In this document: positions 9,031-19,844 of the stretch, piece after piece
Position numbering within the stretch: the first letter of the stretch is position 1
Layout of the letters: each line of letters begins with the position of its first letter
Origin: Methanobacteriota archaeon
Lineage (GTDB): Archaea; Thermoplasmatota; Thermoplasmata; UBA10834
Length of the DNA: 64,000 nt
Direction of reading: 5' to 3'
NCBI GenBank assembly: GCA_020348345.1
Contig: CP070748.1
Coordinates: 449,210-513,209, forward strand
Position numbers and translations under genes: made by a program
Notes under the pieces: generated by a model
Seen by the model: the letters and a program-made list of their open reading frames with translations, nothing else
Told to the model about the DNA's origin: nothing
The model's database searches: none

Positions 9031-11636
9031 TGGTTGAGCTAGACCGCATCCTTAGCGAACGTTCCGATGAGCGAATTCTGTCTGCTGTGCGTTCCCTCTC
9101 CGCTTCAGGCTTTTCTAGGTTTGTGGAGCGAGTCCTTGGCTACCTCGATTTGACCATATCTAGAAGCCGAATCAAAGAGGATTTCGTCATTGCCGATTGT
9201 GTTCACAGACCGGACAGTCTGAAGTACGTGGTCTTCTTCTCGAGAAGGGACGAGAACGTGGCAAAGCAGTCCGTTGACAGTCTTGTGTCCTATATGGAGA
9301 AGGTTGAGGCTGTGAAGGGCTTGGTCCTTTCCTCCTCGCCGATACTGCCGGATGCTGTGAAGCTTGCTGAGATGCATGATGTGGGCGTAGCCGACGGTCC
9401 GAAGCTGGCCGCGCTCGTAAGGCGGTTCGATCTGGACAGAGACCTCATTCGAGAGGCAGAACTCTCCGGCAAGCGCGATGCGGAGCTGGCGAAGACTGGC
9501 CGTCTTGACGAATCGGCAGCTGCGGCCATGGCTGACGGATATGAGGCGCTATCCAACAAGGACTTCCTCAAAGCGCTTGAGAGCGTAGACCAGGCAATAC
9601 TATCCGACGATACCATCGACGCCGCGTGGCGTCTTAAAGGTGTAGTCCTCGATGAAATGGGCTATCACGAACAGGCCCTGGAGTGCTTCAGGCACGCGCT
9701 CGCAATAAGCAAGGGCAGTGATGAAACATGGTACGCACTCGCGAACTGTTTCTACTCCCTATCACGCCACGAGGAGGAGCTGAAATGCTACGACCGCGCT
9801 CTCGAAATCAATCCTCTCAATCTCAAGGCTCTCTTGAATAAAGGCGGCACTCTTCACAGGCTAGGCAGATACCAAGAGGCACTAGATGCGTATGACGAAG
9901 TGCTGAGGAGAAACTACCGGCTCGAGAAGGTACATAACAACCGAGGAGTGACTCTCCACAAGCTCGGTCGGCCCAAGGAGTCGCTCGAAGCCTATGACCG
10001 AGCCATCGCCCTGCGTCACGACTACGTCGAGGCAATAATGAACAAGGCCAACCTCCTCTTCGAGCTTGGGAACGATGATGAAGCGCTCAGCTCCTATTCT
10101 CACGTCACTGAGATTCGCCCTGACATGCCACTTGCCTGGCGGTCGAAGGGACTGGTGGCTTTGAAGATGGGCAAGCGATCGGCTGCCACAAGGGCCTTCG
10201 AGGAGGCTCTCAGGCTAGACGCCGGCGACGTCGAGGCCAAGAGGGCCCTTGATGAGCTTGGGAAAGAGCCGAAGGAGGACCTCGTTGAGACCACAGGATT
10301 TCTCGAGGAGATATTCGCCCCTGATGCCGAGGCCCCGCCTGCAGAGACAGCCGCAGAGCCAACGCAGCCATTGCCTCCAGAGGAGGTTATCACGAGTATC
10401 GAGGAGGAGACGCTTGAACAGATTGCAGAGGAGCTGTACGGCGACCGCGCGGAGTTGCTGCTGTTGTTGGGCCGTCTCGACGAAGCCTACGATTATCTGA
10501 TCAGATCGCTCAGACTCGAGGGAGAGAATTCGCGACTGCTGACCGCTGCCGGGAGCGTGCTGTTTCGACAGGGCAAGCATGAAGCAGCGATAAAGACCTA
10601 CGAGCACGCATACACGGCGGATAGAAGCTACTCACCGGCTCTGTACAACCTTCACATGGCTCTGATGGTTGCGGGCGAGAGTGAGCTGGCTGCGAAGGTG
10701 AGCCAGTCTCTAAGGGAGTCATCGCGTGGATGGCAGGGGAGGGCGGCTTCCGCAATAGAGGCGATGAAACGGAAGGACTATCGTCAGGCAATCGAGGACA
10801 CGGAGGTCGCTATGGCAGCTGAGAACCTATCCACATTGCGCAACTTCAGAGGTGTACTTCAGCTTGTATCGGATGACGTCGATGGCGCTTCGGAGACCTT
10901 CACGCAGCTCACTGCAGACACCTTCGATAGGTCTGAAGCCCACAACAACCTTGGGTCCGCGATACTCAAGAAGGGCGATTGGGAGGGCGCGGGAGCAGAG
11001 TTCGACAAGGCAATGCGACTTCGCAAGGGTAACCCCACCGCCTGGAACAACAGGGGTTGTGTGCTTTACAAGGAAGACCGACTCAGAGAAGCGATAGCCT
11101 GCTTCGAGGAGTCTCTGGTAATCAATCCTACCGCCGTCGCAATGGGGAACAAGGGATTCACCCAGCTTATGATTGACATGCTCGATGATGCGATAAGATC
11201 ATTCGAACAATCGCTGAAGATCTTGGAGACTCCTGAGGCGTTCAACAACAAGGGAATTGCACTTCTGCGTTCAGGGCGCGTGGACGCAGCAGTCGTCGCT
11301 TTCAGAGAAGCGCTCAGACTGTCTCCTCAGTTTGAGGATGCTAACGCCAATCTGCGGAGCGCGCTGTCCGCCCAGTCGTTAAGACAGAGAGAGGTGATGG
11401 AGACTCCGCCTCCTCCTCCACCTCCGCCGCCCTCCAGAAGCATGAAATCTGACAGCGACCGAGCCAAGATGCAGCTGCTTCGCCACGAAAGCGAGAAGAC
11501 TCTGAAGAAGAAGAAGAAATCCGAGCTGGAAGCTATTTGCATAGCCCTCGATAAGAGCTCGCGAGGCACTAAGAAGGAGCTCGTTGCGCGCATCCTTAAG
11601 GAGAAGAGGCGTCTGCTCAGGAAGAGCCGCCTGTGA
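9030..11636 (+). CDS. TPR protein with a degenerate Mrr-like nuclease-fold N-terminal domain and a C-terminal SAP-like domain
   Basis: TGATG coupling; KGLVLSSS..A..ADGPKL pattern; TPR arrays; poly-Pro; SELEAIC..GTKKELVARI. Confidence 0.8.
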   Translation: MVELDRILSERSDERILSAVRSLSASGFSRFVERVLGYLDLTISRSRIKEDFVIADCVHRPDSLKYVVFFSRRDENVAKQSVDSLVSYMEKVEAVKGLVLSSSPILPDAVKLAEMHDVGVADGPKLAALVRRFDLDRDLIREAELSGKRDAELAKTGRLDESAAAAMADGYEALSNKDFLKALESVDQAILSDDTIDAAWRLKGVVLDEMGYHEQALECFRHALAISKGSDETWYALANCFYSLSRHEEELKCYDRALEINPLNLKALLNKGGTLHRLGRYQEALDAYDEVLRRNYRLEKVHNNRGVTLHKLGRPKESLEAYDRAIALRHDYVEAIMNKANLLFELGNDDEALSSYSHVTEIRPDMPLAWRSKGLVALKMGKRSAATRAFEEALRLDAGDVEAKRALDELGKEPKEDLVETTGFLEEIFAPDAEAPPAETAAEPTQPLPPEEVITSIEEETLEQIAEELYGDRAELLLLLGRLDEAYDYLIRSLRLEGENSRLLTAAGSVLFRQGKHEAAIKTYEHAYTADRSYSPALYNLHMALMVAGESELAAKVSQSLRESSRGWQGRAASAIEAMKRKDYRQAIEDTEVAMAAENLSTLRNFRGVLQLVSDDVDGASETFTQLTADTFDRSEAHNNLGSAILKKGDWEGAGAEFDKAMRLRKGNPTAWNNRGCVLYKEDRLREAIACFEESLVINPTAVAMGNKGFTQLMIDMLDDAIRSFEQSLKILETPEAFNNKGIALLRSGRVDAAVVAFREALRLSPQFEDANANLRSALSAQSLRQREVMETPPPPPPPPPSRSMKSDSDRAKMQLLRHESEKTLKKKKKSELEAICIALDKSSRGTKKELVARILKEKRRLLRKSRL

Positions 11637-11664
11637 ACTGCGCGCGACAGATGTCCGCAGTCGC

Positions 11665-11910
11665 CTATGCTATGTTCATCACGACAACGTCTCGAACTGC
11701 CCTCATCTCACTGAAAGGTAACACAAGTCTTCCGTCTGAGTCCGTCTTGAACAACCTCGGCTCGATCTCCTCGGCCGGGATGACGAGCACGTTTTGAAGC
11801 TCGCCGGTCTTTGTGTCAATCAAGAAATTCTCTATCATGCCGAGTATCTGGCCATCATTGGTCATCACTGTCTTGCCCTTCAGCTCGGTAATGAATTTGC
11901 GCATGGTCAT
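11665..11910 (-). CDS. PRC-barrel protein (CdpB-like)
   Basis: ELKGKTVMTNDGQILG..IDTKTG...RAVRDVVV. Confidence 0.82.
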   Translation of the reverse strand: MTMRKFITELKGKTVMTNDGQILGMIENFLIDTKTGELQNVLVIPAEEIEPRLFKTDSDGRLVLPFSEMRAVRDVVVMNIA

Positions 11911-11922
11911 CCCATCTCCAGA

Positions 11923-14145
11923 CTACCTGTAGTAGCCAAGGCCGTTATCATCTTTGGCCCTCTTAGACATTGCGGTCGTCATCTCCTGGACAAGATTCTC
12001 GTATATCTTCGCGGTCTCCTTGTCAGTTGAAGCTCTTACGAGCTTCATAGCCTCCTCGAAATGCTTCTTCTTGACAGTCTTCGCGTTCCTGTCCTCGCGG
12101 AGGGACAGCATCGCGGCTTCCCGACAGAGATTCTCGATATCTGCACCCACATATCCTTCCAACCTTCTAGCAAGGTCCTTCAAATCCACATCTTTGAGTG
12201 GCATATCACTGGTGTGTACCTGCAGGATCTTCAGTCTGGTCGCCTCGTCAGGAAGAGGTGTCAGCAGCAGCTTGTCGAACCTCCCAGGGCGAAGCAGCGC
12301 TCTGTCCAGGATGTCCGGGCGATTTGTGGCAGCAATGACGAACACCCCGCTGAGCGAATCCAGTCCGTCCATCGACGTCAGAAGCTGGTTGACAACTCTC
12401 TCGGTCGCGCCGGAGTCGAAATGGCTTCCTCTTCTAGGTGCAATCGCGTCGATCTCATCAAGGAACACTATCGATGGAGCGACCTGTTTTGCCTTCTTGA
12501 AGATCATTCGTATCGCCTTCTCGCTCTCGCCGACCCATTTTGACATTATCTCAGGACCCTTGATTGAGATGAAGTTGGCCTTCGATTCGTTCGCGACCGC
12601 TCGCGCAATCAGCGTCTTACCCGTCCCAGGCGCTCCGAACAGGAGCACGCCGCTCGGCGGCTGGATTCCCATCCTCGAGAAGGCCTCAGGATCCTCGAGA
12701 GGCTTCTCAATAGCCTCGTTGAGAGCCTCCTTCACGCTCTCCAGCCCTCCCACGTCTTCCCAAGTGACCTTGGGTATTTCGACCGATACCTCGCGCATAG
12801 CACTCGGCTCTATCTCTCTGAGAGCGTCCGTGAAATCCTGCGCGGTCACGCGCATCTTCTCCAGAATATCCGTTGGTATTGGCTTGCCGAACTCAATATC
12901 TGGAAGGTACCGTCTCAGCGCCCGCATCGCACTCTCTCTTGACAATGCCGCCAAATCAGCGCCCACGAATCCGTGCGTCATGTCTGCAATCTTGTCCAGC
13001 TTGACACTATGATCGAGAGGCATGCCTCGGGTGTGTATCATCAGAATCTCGAGCCTTCCTTCCGCTGTGGGAACACCGATCTCGATCTCCCTGTCGAATC
13101 TTCCTGGCCTGCGCAATGCAGGGTCTATTGCACCCTCTCGATTCGTCGCAGCGATTACTATCACGTTGCCTCTCGACGTGAGTCCATCCATCAGAGTCAG
13201 CAATTGGGCAACAACTCGTCGTTCAACCTCGCCCTGGACTTCGTCTCGTTTCGGTGCGATTGAGTCGATCTCATCGATGAATATAACGGAGGGCGCATTC
13301 TTCTCCGCCTCTGAGAACATCTCACGCAACCGTTCCTCGCTCTGCCCATAGAATTTGGACATGATCTCCGGGCCTTGAATGGCGTGGAAGTTCGCACCTG
13401 CCTCGTTCGCAACCGCTCGCGCAATGAGGGTCTTCCCTGTTCCAGGCGAACCGTAAAGGAGTATGCCCTTTGGAGGATCTATCCCCAGCCTGGAGAATAT
13501 CTCAGGGTGTTTCAGGGGCAGTTCAATCATCTCTCTTATTCTCAGGAGCTCTCCCTCGAGGCCACCCACATCCTCGTAGGTGACAGATGGCCTGGTGAGT
13601 TCGGTGACTTCAACAGGTTCCGTGCGCACCGATAGCTCGGTGAAATCACCTATCTGTACGATGCCGCTGGGCGTGGTAGATGCGACGACAAATGGCAGGA
13701 ATCCGCCCATAAGCGCTATGTTGGGTATGATGATCTCATCACCCTTTACGATTGCTCTGTTGAGCAGCCCCTTCTTGAAGAGCCCCTCGACTCCTTGGCC
13801 GAATCGGACCCTCTTTCCATGTGGTATCTTCGGGGCTACCACGACCTTCTTCGCGGCGTGAGCATCAGCCTTCCTGACCGCGACCTTCTCGCCGATTGAT
13901 ACGCCGGCGTTCCCTCGAATCATTCCGTCGATACGGACTATGCTCTTCCTCTCGTCCTCATGAGCGGCTCTGAAGACCTTGGCCGCAGTCCGCTTCTTAC
14001 CGATTATCTCAATTATGTCTCCGACGTCTATGTTCAGGGTCTTTCTCGTGTCAGAGTCTATTCTCGCACGTCCCAGGCCGACTTCGGACTGGTGGTGTGC
14101 ACGCGCGACCTTCAACGTTACCGCGTCCGTAGGCTTTCGTGTCAT
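11923..14145 (-). CDS. cdc48: CDC48/VAT double AAA+ ATPase
   Basis: CDC48 N-domain, two Walker A ([16 protein letters not shown]), RPGRFD arginine fingers, C-terminal YYR. Confidence 0.96.
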   Translation of the reverse strand: MTRKPTDAVTLKVARAHHQSEVGLGRARIDSDTRKTLNIDVGDIIEIIGKKRTAAKVFRAAHEDERKSIVRIDGMIRGNAGVSIGEKVAVRKADAHAAKKVVVAPKIPHGKRVRFGQGVEGLFKKGLLNRAIVKGDEIIIPNIALMGGFLPFVVASTTPSGIVQIGDFTELSVRTEPVEVTELTRPSVTYEDVGGLEGELLRIREMIELPLKHPEIFSRLGIDPPKGILLYGSPGTGKTLIARAVANEAGANFHAIQGPEIMSKFYGQSEERLREMFSEAEKNAPSVIFIDEIDSIAPKRDEVQGEVERRVVAQLLTLMDGLTSRGNVIVIAATNREGAIDPALRRPGRFDREIEIGVPTAEGRLEILMIHTRGMPLDHSVKLDKIADMTHGFVGADLAALSRESAMRALRRYLPDIEFGKPIPTDILEKMRVTAQDFTDALREIEPSAMREVSVEIPKVTWEDVGGLESVKEALNEAIEKPLEDPEAFSRMGIQPPSGVLLFGAPGTGKTLIARAVANESKANFISIKGPEIMSKWVGESEKAIRMIFKKAKQVAPSIVFLDEIDAIAPRRGSHFDSGATERVVNQLLTSMDGLDSLSGVFVIAATNRPDILDRALLRPGRFDKLLLTPLPDEATRLKILQVHTSDMPLKDVDLKDLARRLEGYVGADIENLCREAAMLSLREDRNAKTVKKKHFEEAMKLVRASTDKETAKIYENLVQEMTTAMSKRAKDDNGLGYYR

Positions 14146-14333
14146 CCAACGCGTAATCCCCTGGCCTATCCAAAAAGCTTTGGGATGCCAAGTGGCGATT
14201 GCATTTCACTAGGGCGTTCGCTAATGTACGCTTTCTGCGCCCACAATCCGTCGATTGTCAGATGCCTGAAAGGAGTTGGCTAGAAAAGCATTAAAGCGCA
14301 ACCATCTATTCGAACTGACGACGAGGCTTTAGG

Positions 14334-15218
14334 ATGTACGAGGTACGATTCCATGGCCGCGGAGGTCAAGGAGCGGTCATGGCTGCACAGGCACTTGCGA
14401 GTGCGGCGCACGCGGAGGGAGGGTACGCGACGGCCTTCCCGTTTTTCGGGGCGGAGAGACGAGGAGCGCCGGTACTTGCGTTTACGAGAATCGACGATAA
14501 GAGGATTTACAGAAAGACGCAGGTCTACGAGCCCGATTTCGTGGTAGTCCTGGACGAAGGATTGCTGGAGACCGTCAATGTCGTCGAGGGTTTGAAGGAT
14601 GGAGGGGCCGTCGTAGTCAACTCGGTCAGGAGCCCTGAGGAGATCGACGTCGGGATAGACGCTAAGCTCGCAACAGTCGATGCTACGAGCGTCGCTTTGG
14701 AGGTTCTCAAGCGACCCGCCACGAACTCGTCAATCCTGGGAGCACTGTCAAAGGCCACAGGAATCGTGAGCATAGAGTCAATCGAGAAGGGAATCATGCA
14801 GGTTTTTGGCGATAGGCTCGGCGAGAAGGTTGGGGAGAGAAACGCGAAGGCCGCCCGCATCGCCTACGACAGGACTGTGGTGGGCGAATCGCACGGCAGC
14901 AGAGTTCTGAAAGCCTCCAATAAATGGCTGCCGGACGTCAGAGAACTACCAATGGGAGTGGCGGGCATCTCGCTGGATACTGATGCGGGCGCGGTCGGCC
15001 CCGGTTCATTCCTTGAGAACAAGACTGGAAGCTGGAAGGTCTTTCACCCCGAATATGACGGAGAGAAGTGCACCATGTGCAACTTCTGCTGGTTCTACTG
15101 TCCAGAAGGATGCATCTATAGAAAGGAAGATCGAATGGAGTTCGACATGGACTATTGCAAAGGCTGCGGGATATGTGCGAACGAGTGTCCCGCCGAAGCC
15201 ATCAAGATGGTGAGGTGA
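14334..15218 (+). CDS. porC: 2-oxoacid:ferredoxin oxidoreductase gamma-delta fusion
   Basis: HGRGGQG and FGAERRGAP; C-terminal KTGSW plus two CxxCxxCxxxCP motifs. Confidence 0.9.
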   Translation: MYEVRFHGRGGQGAVMAAQALASAAHAEGGYATAFPFFGAERRGAPVLAFTRIDDKRIYRKTQVYEPDFVVVLDEGLLETVNVVEGLKDGGAVVVNSVRSPEEIDVGIDAKLATVDATSVALEVLKRPATNSSILGALSKATGIVSIESIEKGIMQVFGDRLGEKVGERNAKAARIAYDRTVVGESHGSRVLKASNKWLPDVRELPMGVAGISLDTDAGAVGPGSFLENKTGSWKVFHPEYDGEKCTMCNFCWFYCPEGCIYRKEDRMEFDMDYCKGCGICANECPAEAIKMVR

Positions 15219-15223
15219 ATAGG

Positions 15224-16405
15224 ATGGTGTCGAAGATCTGCACAGGCAACTACGCAGCCGCCTATGGCTCGATGCGATCGCGGGCGAGAACAGTTGCAGC
15301 CTATCCTATCACGCCCCAGACCTTCATAGTGGAACATATCTCCGAGTTCATCAACAACGGGGAGATGGACTGCGAGTATATTGAGGTCGAGAGCGAGCAC
15401 ACCGCCATGAGTGCGTGCGTGTCAGCGAGCGCCTCGGGCGTGCGCACATTCACAGCCACATCATCTCAGGGATTGGCGCTTATGCACGAGATTCTGCCAA
15501 TCGCTAGTGGCATGAGGCTGCCTGTGGTCATGGCGGTCGTCAACAGGTCAATTGCATCTCCAATAAACATCTGGGTGGAGCATAACGACATAATGCCCGA
15601 GAGGGATTCTGGATGGATTCAGGTCTTCTGCGACAACAACCAGGAAGTCCAGGACATGATTCTGCAGGCCTACCGCATTGCAGAGGGCAAACGCGTCGCA
15701 CTTCCCGTCGCGGTGTGTCTGGACGCCTTCATACTCTCGCACACGGTTGAACCAGTCGATCTCATCGAGCAGGATGCAGCTGACAAGTACGTGCCTGAGT
15801 TCAGCCCTACGGGCGCGATTCTTGACCCCGATGACGTTGCCGCTGTAGGTGTGTTCACCCCTCCCGATTACATGATGGAATGCAGATGGCAGACCGACAA
15901 GGCGATGAGAAATGCCGTCGAGGCTATCGGTGAAGCGAACGAAGTCTTCGCGAAGCAGTTTGGTCGAGATCATGGAGGAATGATAGACCCATATATGGTC
16001 GATGACGCCGAGGCAGTGCTCGTAACGATGGGTACTGCCAGCTCGACCGCACATGAGGTCGTCGATGAGATGAGAGCCAAGGGCAAGAAGGTAGGCCTTG
16101 TTAAGCTCAGATTCTGGCGCCCATACCCTTCGGAGCTCCTCAGGGCCATAGCCGAGAAGGTCAAGGCCGTGGGCGTCTTCGACAGGGCGGTGTCATATGG
16201 CATCGGAGGACCGTCCTACATCGAGTTCAGGAACGCAGTGTTCGGCCTCGACCTGCCAGTGATGAATTTCATCGGAGGTCTTGGAGGCAGAGACGTGTCG
16301 CTGCAAGATGTGCGATTCATGTATGAGAAGCTGCTGGAGGCAGCTAGGACGGGCGTCGTCAAGCGTGACATAACTTGGATGGGAACCAGGGGGGTCGAGC
16401 AATGA
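15224..16405 (+). CDS. porA: 2-oxoacid:ferredoxin oxidoreductase alpha subunit
   Basis: AYPITPQT, ESEH, TATSSQGL. Confidence 0.92.
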   Translation: MVSKICTGNYAAAYGSMRSRARTVAAYPITPQTFIVEHISEFINNGEMDCEYIEVESEHTAMSACVSASASGVRTFTATSSQGLALMHEILPIASGMRLPVVMAVVNRSIASPINIWVEHNDIMPERDSGWIQVFCDNNQEVQDMILQAYRIAEGKRVALPVAVCLDAFILSHTVEPVDLIEQDAADKYVPEFSPTGAILDPDDVAAVGVFTPPDYMMECRWQTDKAMRNAVEAIGEANEVFAKQFGRDHGGMIDPYMVDDAEAVLVTMGTASSTAHEVVDEMRAKGKKVGLVKLRFWRPYPSELLRAIAEKVKAVGVFDRAVSYGIGGPSYIEFRNAVFGLDLPVMNFIGGLGGRDVSLQDVRFMYEKLLEAARTGVVKRDITWMGTRGVEQ

Positions 16406-17292
16406 AGCTCAAGGAGCTTCCCGACGAGGAGCTTTTCACCCGCGGACACACTGCGTGCGCCGGCTGCGGGGCAGCAGTAGCGGTTCGCAATCTCATGAAA
16501 GTCCTTGGCAAAAGGACGATGGTAGTGAATCCTGCGTGCTGCCTGCTGATCTTCGGCGCGACCTATCCCTACCTGGCCTGGAAGGTGCCCTTTCATCACG
16601 TAGCATTCGAGAACACCGCTGCGTGTGCGACTGGAATGTCTAGGGCGATGAAGGTTCGAGGTAAGGAGGATACGGTTGTGATGGGGATTGCCGGCGACGG
16701 CGGAACCGCGGACATTGGCATCCAGGCGCTTTCTGGAGCCGCGGAGAGGAACGAGGATATGCTTTACGTCATGTATGACAACGAAGCCTACATGAACACG
16801 GGCATCCAGCGTTCAGGCTCGACGCCGTTCGGCGCATGGACAACGACAACTCCAGTAGGCAAGGTGAAGGCAGGAAAGGCCGACTTCAAGAAGGACATGC
16901 CGCTCATAATGATGGCGCACAACGTTCCGTACGTCGCGACCGCCTCTATCGGGAACATACAGGATTTCATCAATAAATTCGAGAAGGCAAGGAACATGAA
17001 GGGGTTCAGGTACATCCAGGTTTTCACTCCCTGCCCGACAGGGTGGCGACACGACACGGCCAAGACGATCGAAGTCGCCAAGCTGGCAGTCGATACGGGC
17101 ATGTGGACACTCTACGAATGTGAGAACGGCAAAGTCAAGATCAATCGGAAGCCCAAGATGACCCCGGTATCAGAGTATCTCAAAGTGCAAGGCCGCTTCA
17201 GACATATGAAAGAGGAGGATGTCAGAAAGCTTCAGGACTGGGTCACCAGCAAATGGGAGGCCGACGAGAGATACGCTCAGTGCAGGCAGTGA
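16402..17292 (+). CDS. porB: 2-oxoacid:ferredoxin oxidoreductase beta subunit
   Basis: CAGC, GDGG...DNEAYMNTG TPP motif, PCPTGW. Confidence 0.93.
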   Translation: MKLKELPDEELFTRGHTACAGCGAAVAVRNLMKVLGKRTMVVNPACCLLIFGATYPYLAWKVPFHHVAFENTAACATGMSRAMKVRGKEDTVVMGIAGDGGTADIGIQALSGAAERNEDMLYVMYDNEAYMNTGIQRSGSTPFGAWTTTTPVGKVKAGKADFKKDMPLIMMAHNVPYVATASIGNIQDFINKFEKARNMKGFRYIQVFTPCPTGWRHDTAKTIEVAKLAVDTGMWTLYECENGKVKINRKPKMTPVSEYLKVQGRFRHMKEEDVRKLQDWVTSKWEADERYAQCRQ

Positions 17293-17332
17293 AAGGGTCC
17301 CGATTGCCGCGCAAGGAATTACGCCATGGTCT

Positions 17333-18205
17333 CTATCGGCTCGTCGCGACCGACTTTCTCATCTCAACCTGTTTGATTGTGACGGCGAAATCGAACTTGT
17401 CCAGCATCCTGCGCGTCGCAAGATCGTCATTAACGTTGTAGATAGCTATGTTGAACGCACCCAACTCCCAAAGTCTGTTGAGGGCGAACTTCGTCAACGA
17501 GGTACCTATCCCAAGACTCCTTCGCTGAGGGAGCACGCCTATGAACGGGATGAACCCTGTCGTTTCGACACGTCTCAGCATTACAAATCCTCCGTCGACG
17601 GAATATATCTCGCAAGTCCTTCCAGATTCCTCCAAGGCCGCGGCCTTCCTCCTCTGCCAGCAGGATTCGGAGTATGACGCTCTATGCACTTCCACGATGT
17701 CCTCCACACGGACTCTGTTCGGCCTGTTTCCAAATCCTGCGAATCCGGCAGCCTTCCCTTCTGCTGAAAGATACTTCCGCGCCTCCGTATATCCAAGCCT
17801 CGCGTAGAGCCTCGAAGCCGCTGAGTTACCCTCTATGACCTCCAAGATGATCTCCTCGACTCCTCGGAGACGGGCGCCTTCCTCCGCGGCCTCCATCAAT
17901 CGCCTCCCTATTCCCTGACCACGGAAGGACGGAACCACCCCCAGCCCTCCGATCCACGCTTCATTGCCGTCGATTACCGGATTGACGTATCCTATTATGG
18001 CGTCTTGATGCTTCGCCACTATGATATCATCTATCCTGCCTCCGACAGAGCGCAAGAAATCCATGAAGAACTTGCGAGACGATCTGAACGGGATGATGTA
18101 GTCTGCGAAGATATCCGCCTGAGCCTCGACAAGCCCATCTACCTCGTTCGGGTCGAGCCTGACAATCTCCACCACTTCTTCGACCTTCATCTCATGAGCC
18201 TTCAA
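17333..18205 (-). CDS. Tandem GNAT acetyltransferase
   Basis: Two motif-A copies (FRGQGIG, RRSLGIG); 4-nt overlap with lysS. Confidence 0.85.
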   Translation of the reverse strand: MKAHEMKVEEVVEIVRLDPNEVDGLVEAQADIFADYIIPFRSSRKFFMDFLRSVGGRIDDIIVAKHQDAIIGYVNPVIDGNEAWIGGLGVVPSFRGQGIGRRLMEAAEEGARLRGVEEIILEVIEGNSAASRLYARLGYTEARKYLSAEGKAAGFAGFGNRPNRVRVEDIVEVHRASYSESCWQRRKAAALEESGRTCEIYSVDGGFVMLRRVETTGFIPFIGVLPQRRSLGIGTSLTKFALNRLWELGAFNIAIYNVNDDLATRRMLDKFDFAVTIKQVEMRKSVATSR

Positions 18206-19689
18206 GCGATGTCGGGTCTCATATGGGGGAAGAGAATGACCTCTTTGATTGACGGGGCATTCGTGAAGATCATGGCAAGTCTGTCTATGCCTATCCCGAG
18301 GCCGCCCGTAGGCGGCAGGCCGTATTCCAACGCTCGCACGTAATCCAAGTCTATAGGATGAGCTTCATCATCCCCCTCCTGTTTGAGGCGATCCTGCTCT
18401 TTGAATCGCTGTTCCTGCTCGACGGGATCGTTCAACTCTGAGAAGGCGTTGGCGAATTCCCAACCGTTTATGAACAACTCGAATCGCTCAACCAGGTGAG
18501 GCGCTCCTCTCTTTCTCTTGGCTAGGGGAGATACCTCAATCGGATGATCGATGATGAAGACTGGATCTATCAGGCACGGCTGAACCTTCTGGTCGAAGAT
18601 CTCCGATACTACCTTGCCGATGTCCGAACAGTCATCTACTTCTCGGACTCCCATCTCTCTAGCGGCGTCTTTCGCGCTCTCCAAGGTGTCAAGCGTGCTC
18701 ACATCCAGGCCTGAGTGCTTCTTAATCGCCTCGTCCATGGTGATTCGAGGCCATGGCCTTGTGAAATCCAAGATCCGATCTCCGTAGACGATCTTCTCGG
18801 TTCCAACAATCTGCATCGCCGTGTCGTGAATCAGAGACTCCGTGAGGTCCATTATGTCGTTGTAATCTGAATACGCCTTGTAGAGTTCCATCGAAGTGTA
18901 CTCCGGATAGTGTTGGGCGTCAATATCCTCGTTCCTGAAGTTCTTTCCAATCTCGTAAACGCCTTCGAGATTGCCCACTATGCACCTCTTGTGATACAAC
19001 TCGGGCGCAATCCTCAGATACAGATCGATATCGAGGAAGTTGTGATGCGTTACAAAAGGCCTGGCGAGCGCTCCTCCGTACAGAGGTTGCAGAATCGGCG
19101 TCTCGACCTCTATGAATCCTTTTTCATTCAGCCAGGCACGCATGTGTGCAATCATGCGACTTCTCTTGATGAACCGCGTTCTCACGTCCTCATTCATGAG
19201 CAGGTCGAGGTATCTTTGCCTGTATCTCATCTGTACGTCCTGAAGGCCATGGAACTTCTCTGGCAGAGGTATCAATGCCTTGCTCAGGACTTGAAATCCT
19301 GTAACGGCAATGGTAATCTCTCCGGTCTTTGTTCTAAACACATTGCCATTTACTCCGACGACATCGCCTCTGTCCATTGTCTGGAACAGATCCCACAGGT
19401 CGTCCCCTATGTCATCCCTACGGAAGTAGATCTGGACTTTGCCTTCTCGGTCAACCAGATCGGCGAAACCAGCTTTCCCGTGAATCCTCTTCGCCATGAT
19501 CCTGCCCGCGACGGAGATCAAATCCTCGCTCCTGTCGGAGCCGATGTCACTGTATTGCGATGCGACTTCAGTTGAGGAGTGAGTGCGGTCATATCTGTAG
19601 GTCTTGTATGGATCGAAGCCACGGCTCTTCATATCCTCCAGGTTCTTCCTGAGCTGTTTCCTGAGGTCGCTCTCCTGTTCTTCAGGCAT
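18202..19689 (-). CDS. lysS: Lysyl-tRNA synthetase, class II
   Basis: OB fold, YRQRYLDL, LRIAPEL, FRNE, YGLPPTGGLGIGIDRL. Confidence 0.96.
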   Translation of the reverse strand: MPEEQESDLRKQLRKNLEDMKSRGFDPYKTYRYDRTHSSTEVASQYSDIGSDRSEDLISVAGRIMAKRIHGKAGFADLVDREGKVQIYFRRDDIGDDLWDLFQTMDRGDVVGVNGNVFRTKTGEITIAVTGFQVLSKALIPLPEKFHGLQDVQMRYRQRYLDLLMNEDVRTRFIKRSRMIAHMRAWLNEKGFIEVETPILQPLYGGALARPFVTHHNFLDIDLYLRIAPELYHKRCIVGNLEGVYEIGKNFRNEDIDAQHYPEYTSMELYKAYSDYNDIMDLTESLIHDTAMQIVGTEKIVYGDRILDFTRPWPRITMDEAIKKHSGLDVSTLDTLESAKDAAREMGVREVDDCSDIGKVVSEIFDQKVQPCLIDPVFIIDHPIEVSPLAKRKRGAPHLVERFELFINGWEFANAFSELNDPVEQEQRFKEQDRLKQEGDDEAHPIDLDYVRALEYGLPPTGGLGIGIDRLAMIFTNAPSIKEVILFPHMRPDIA

Positions 19690-19844
19690 TACGCAACACC
19701 CCTGCTGGGTACGCTCTCATATTCTGAGGGCGTACTTAAACGTAATCGCTCTGCCACCCCTGACGATCCCCGCATCGCCCCCCATTGTCATTAGCATATC
19801 ACTCACCAGGACTCGGTCGAAGCCACTATCAATTCGTGGCTTCG

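Noticed and set aside
11405-11435. CCT/CCG tandem repeat
   Set aside because: It encodes a poly-Pro linker with mixed codons and is not an independent repeat.
11954-13351. Long antisense ORFs opposite cdc48 (and similar ones opposite hdrA, hypE and lysS)
   Set aside because: Shadow frames from codon bias on the coding strand, with no recognisable motifs.
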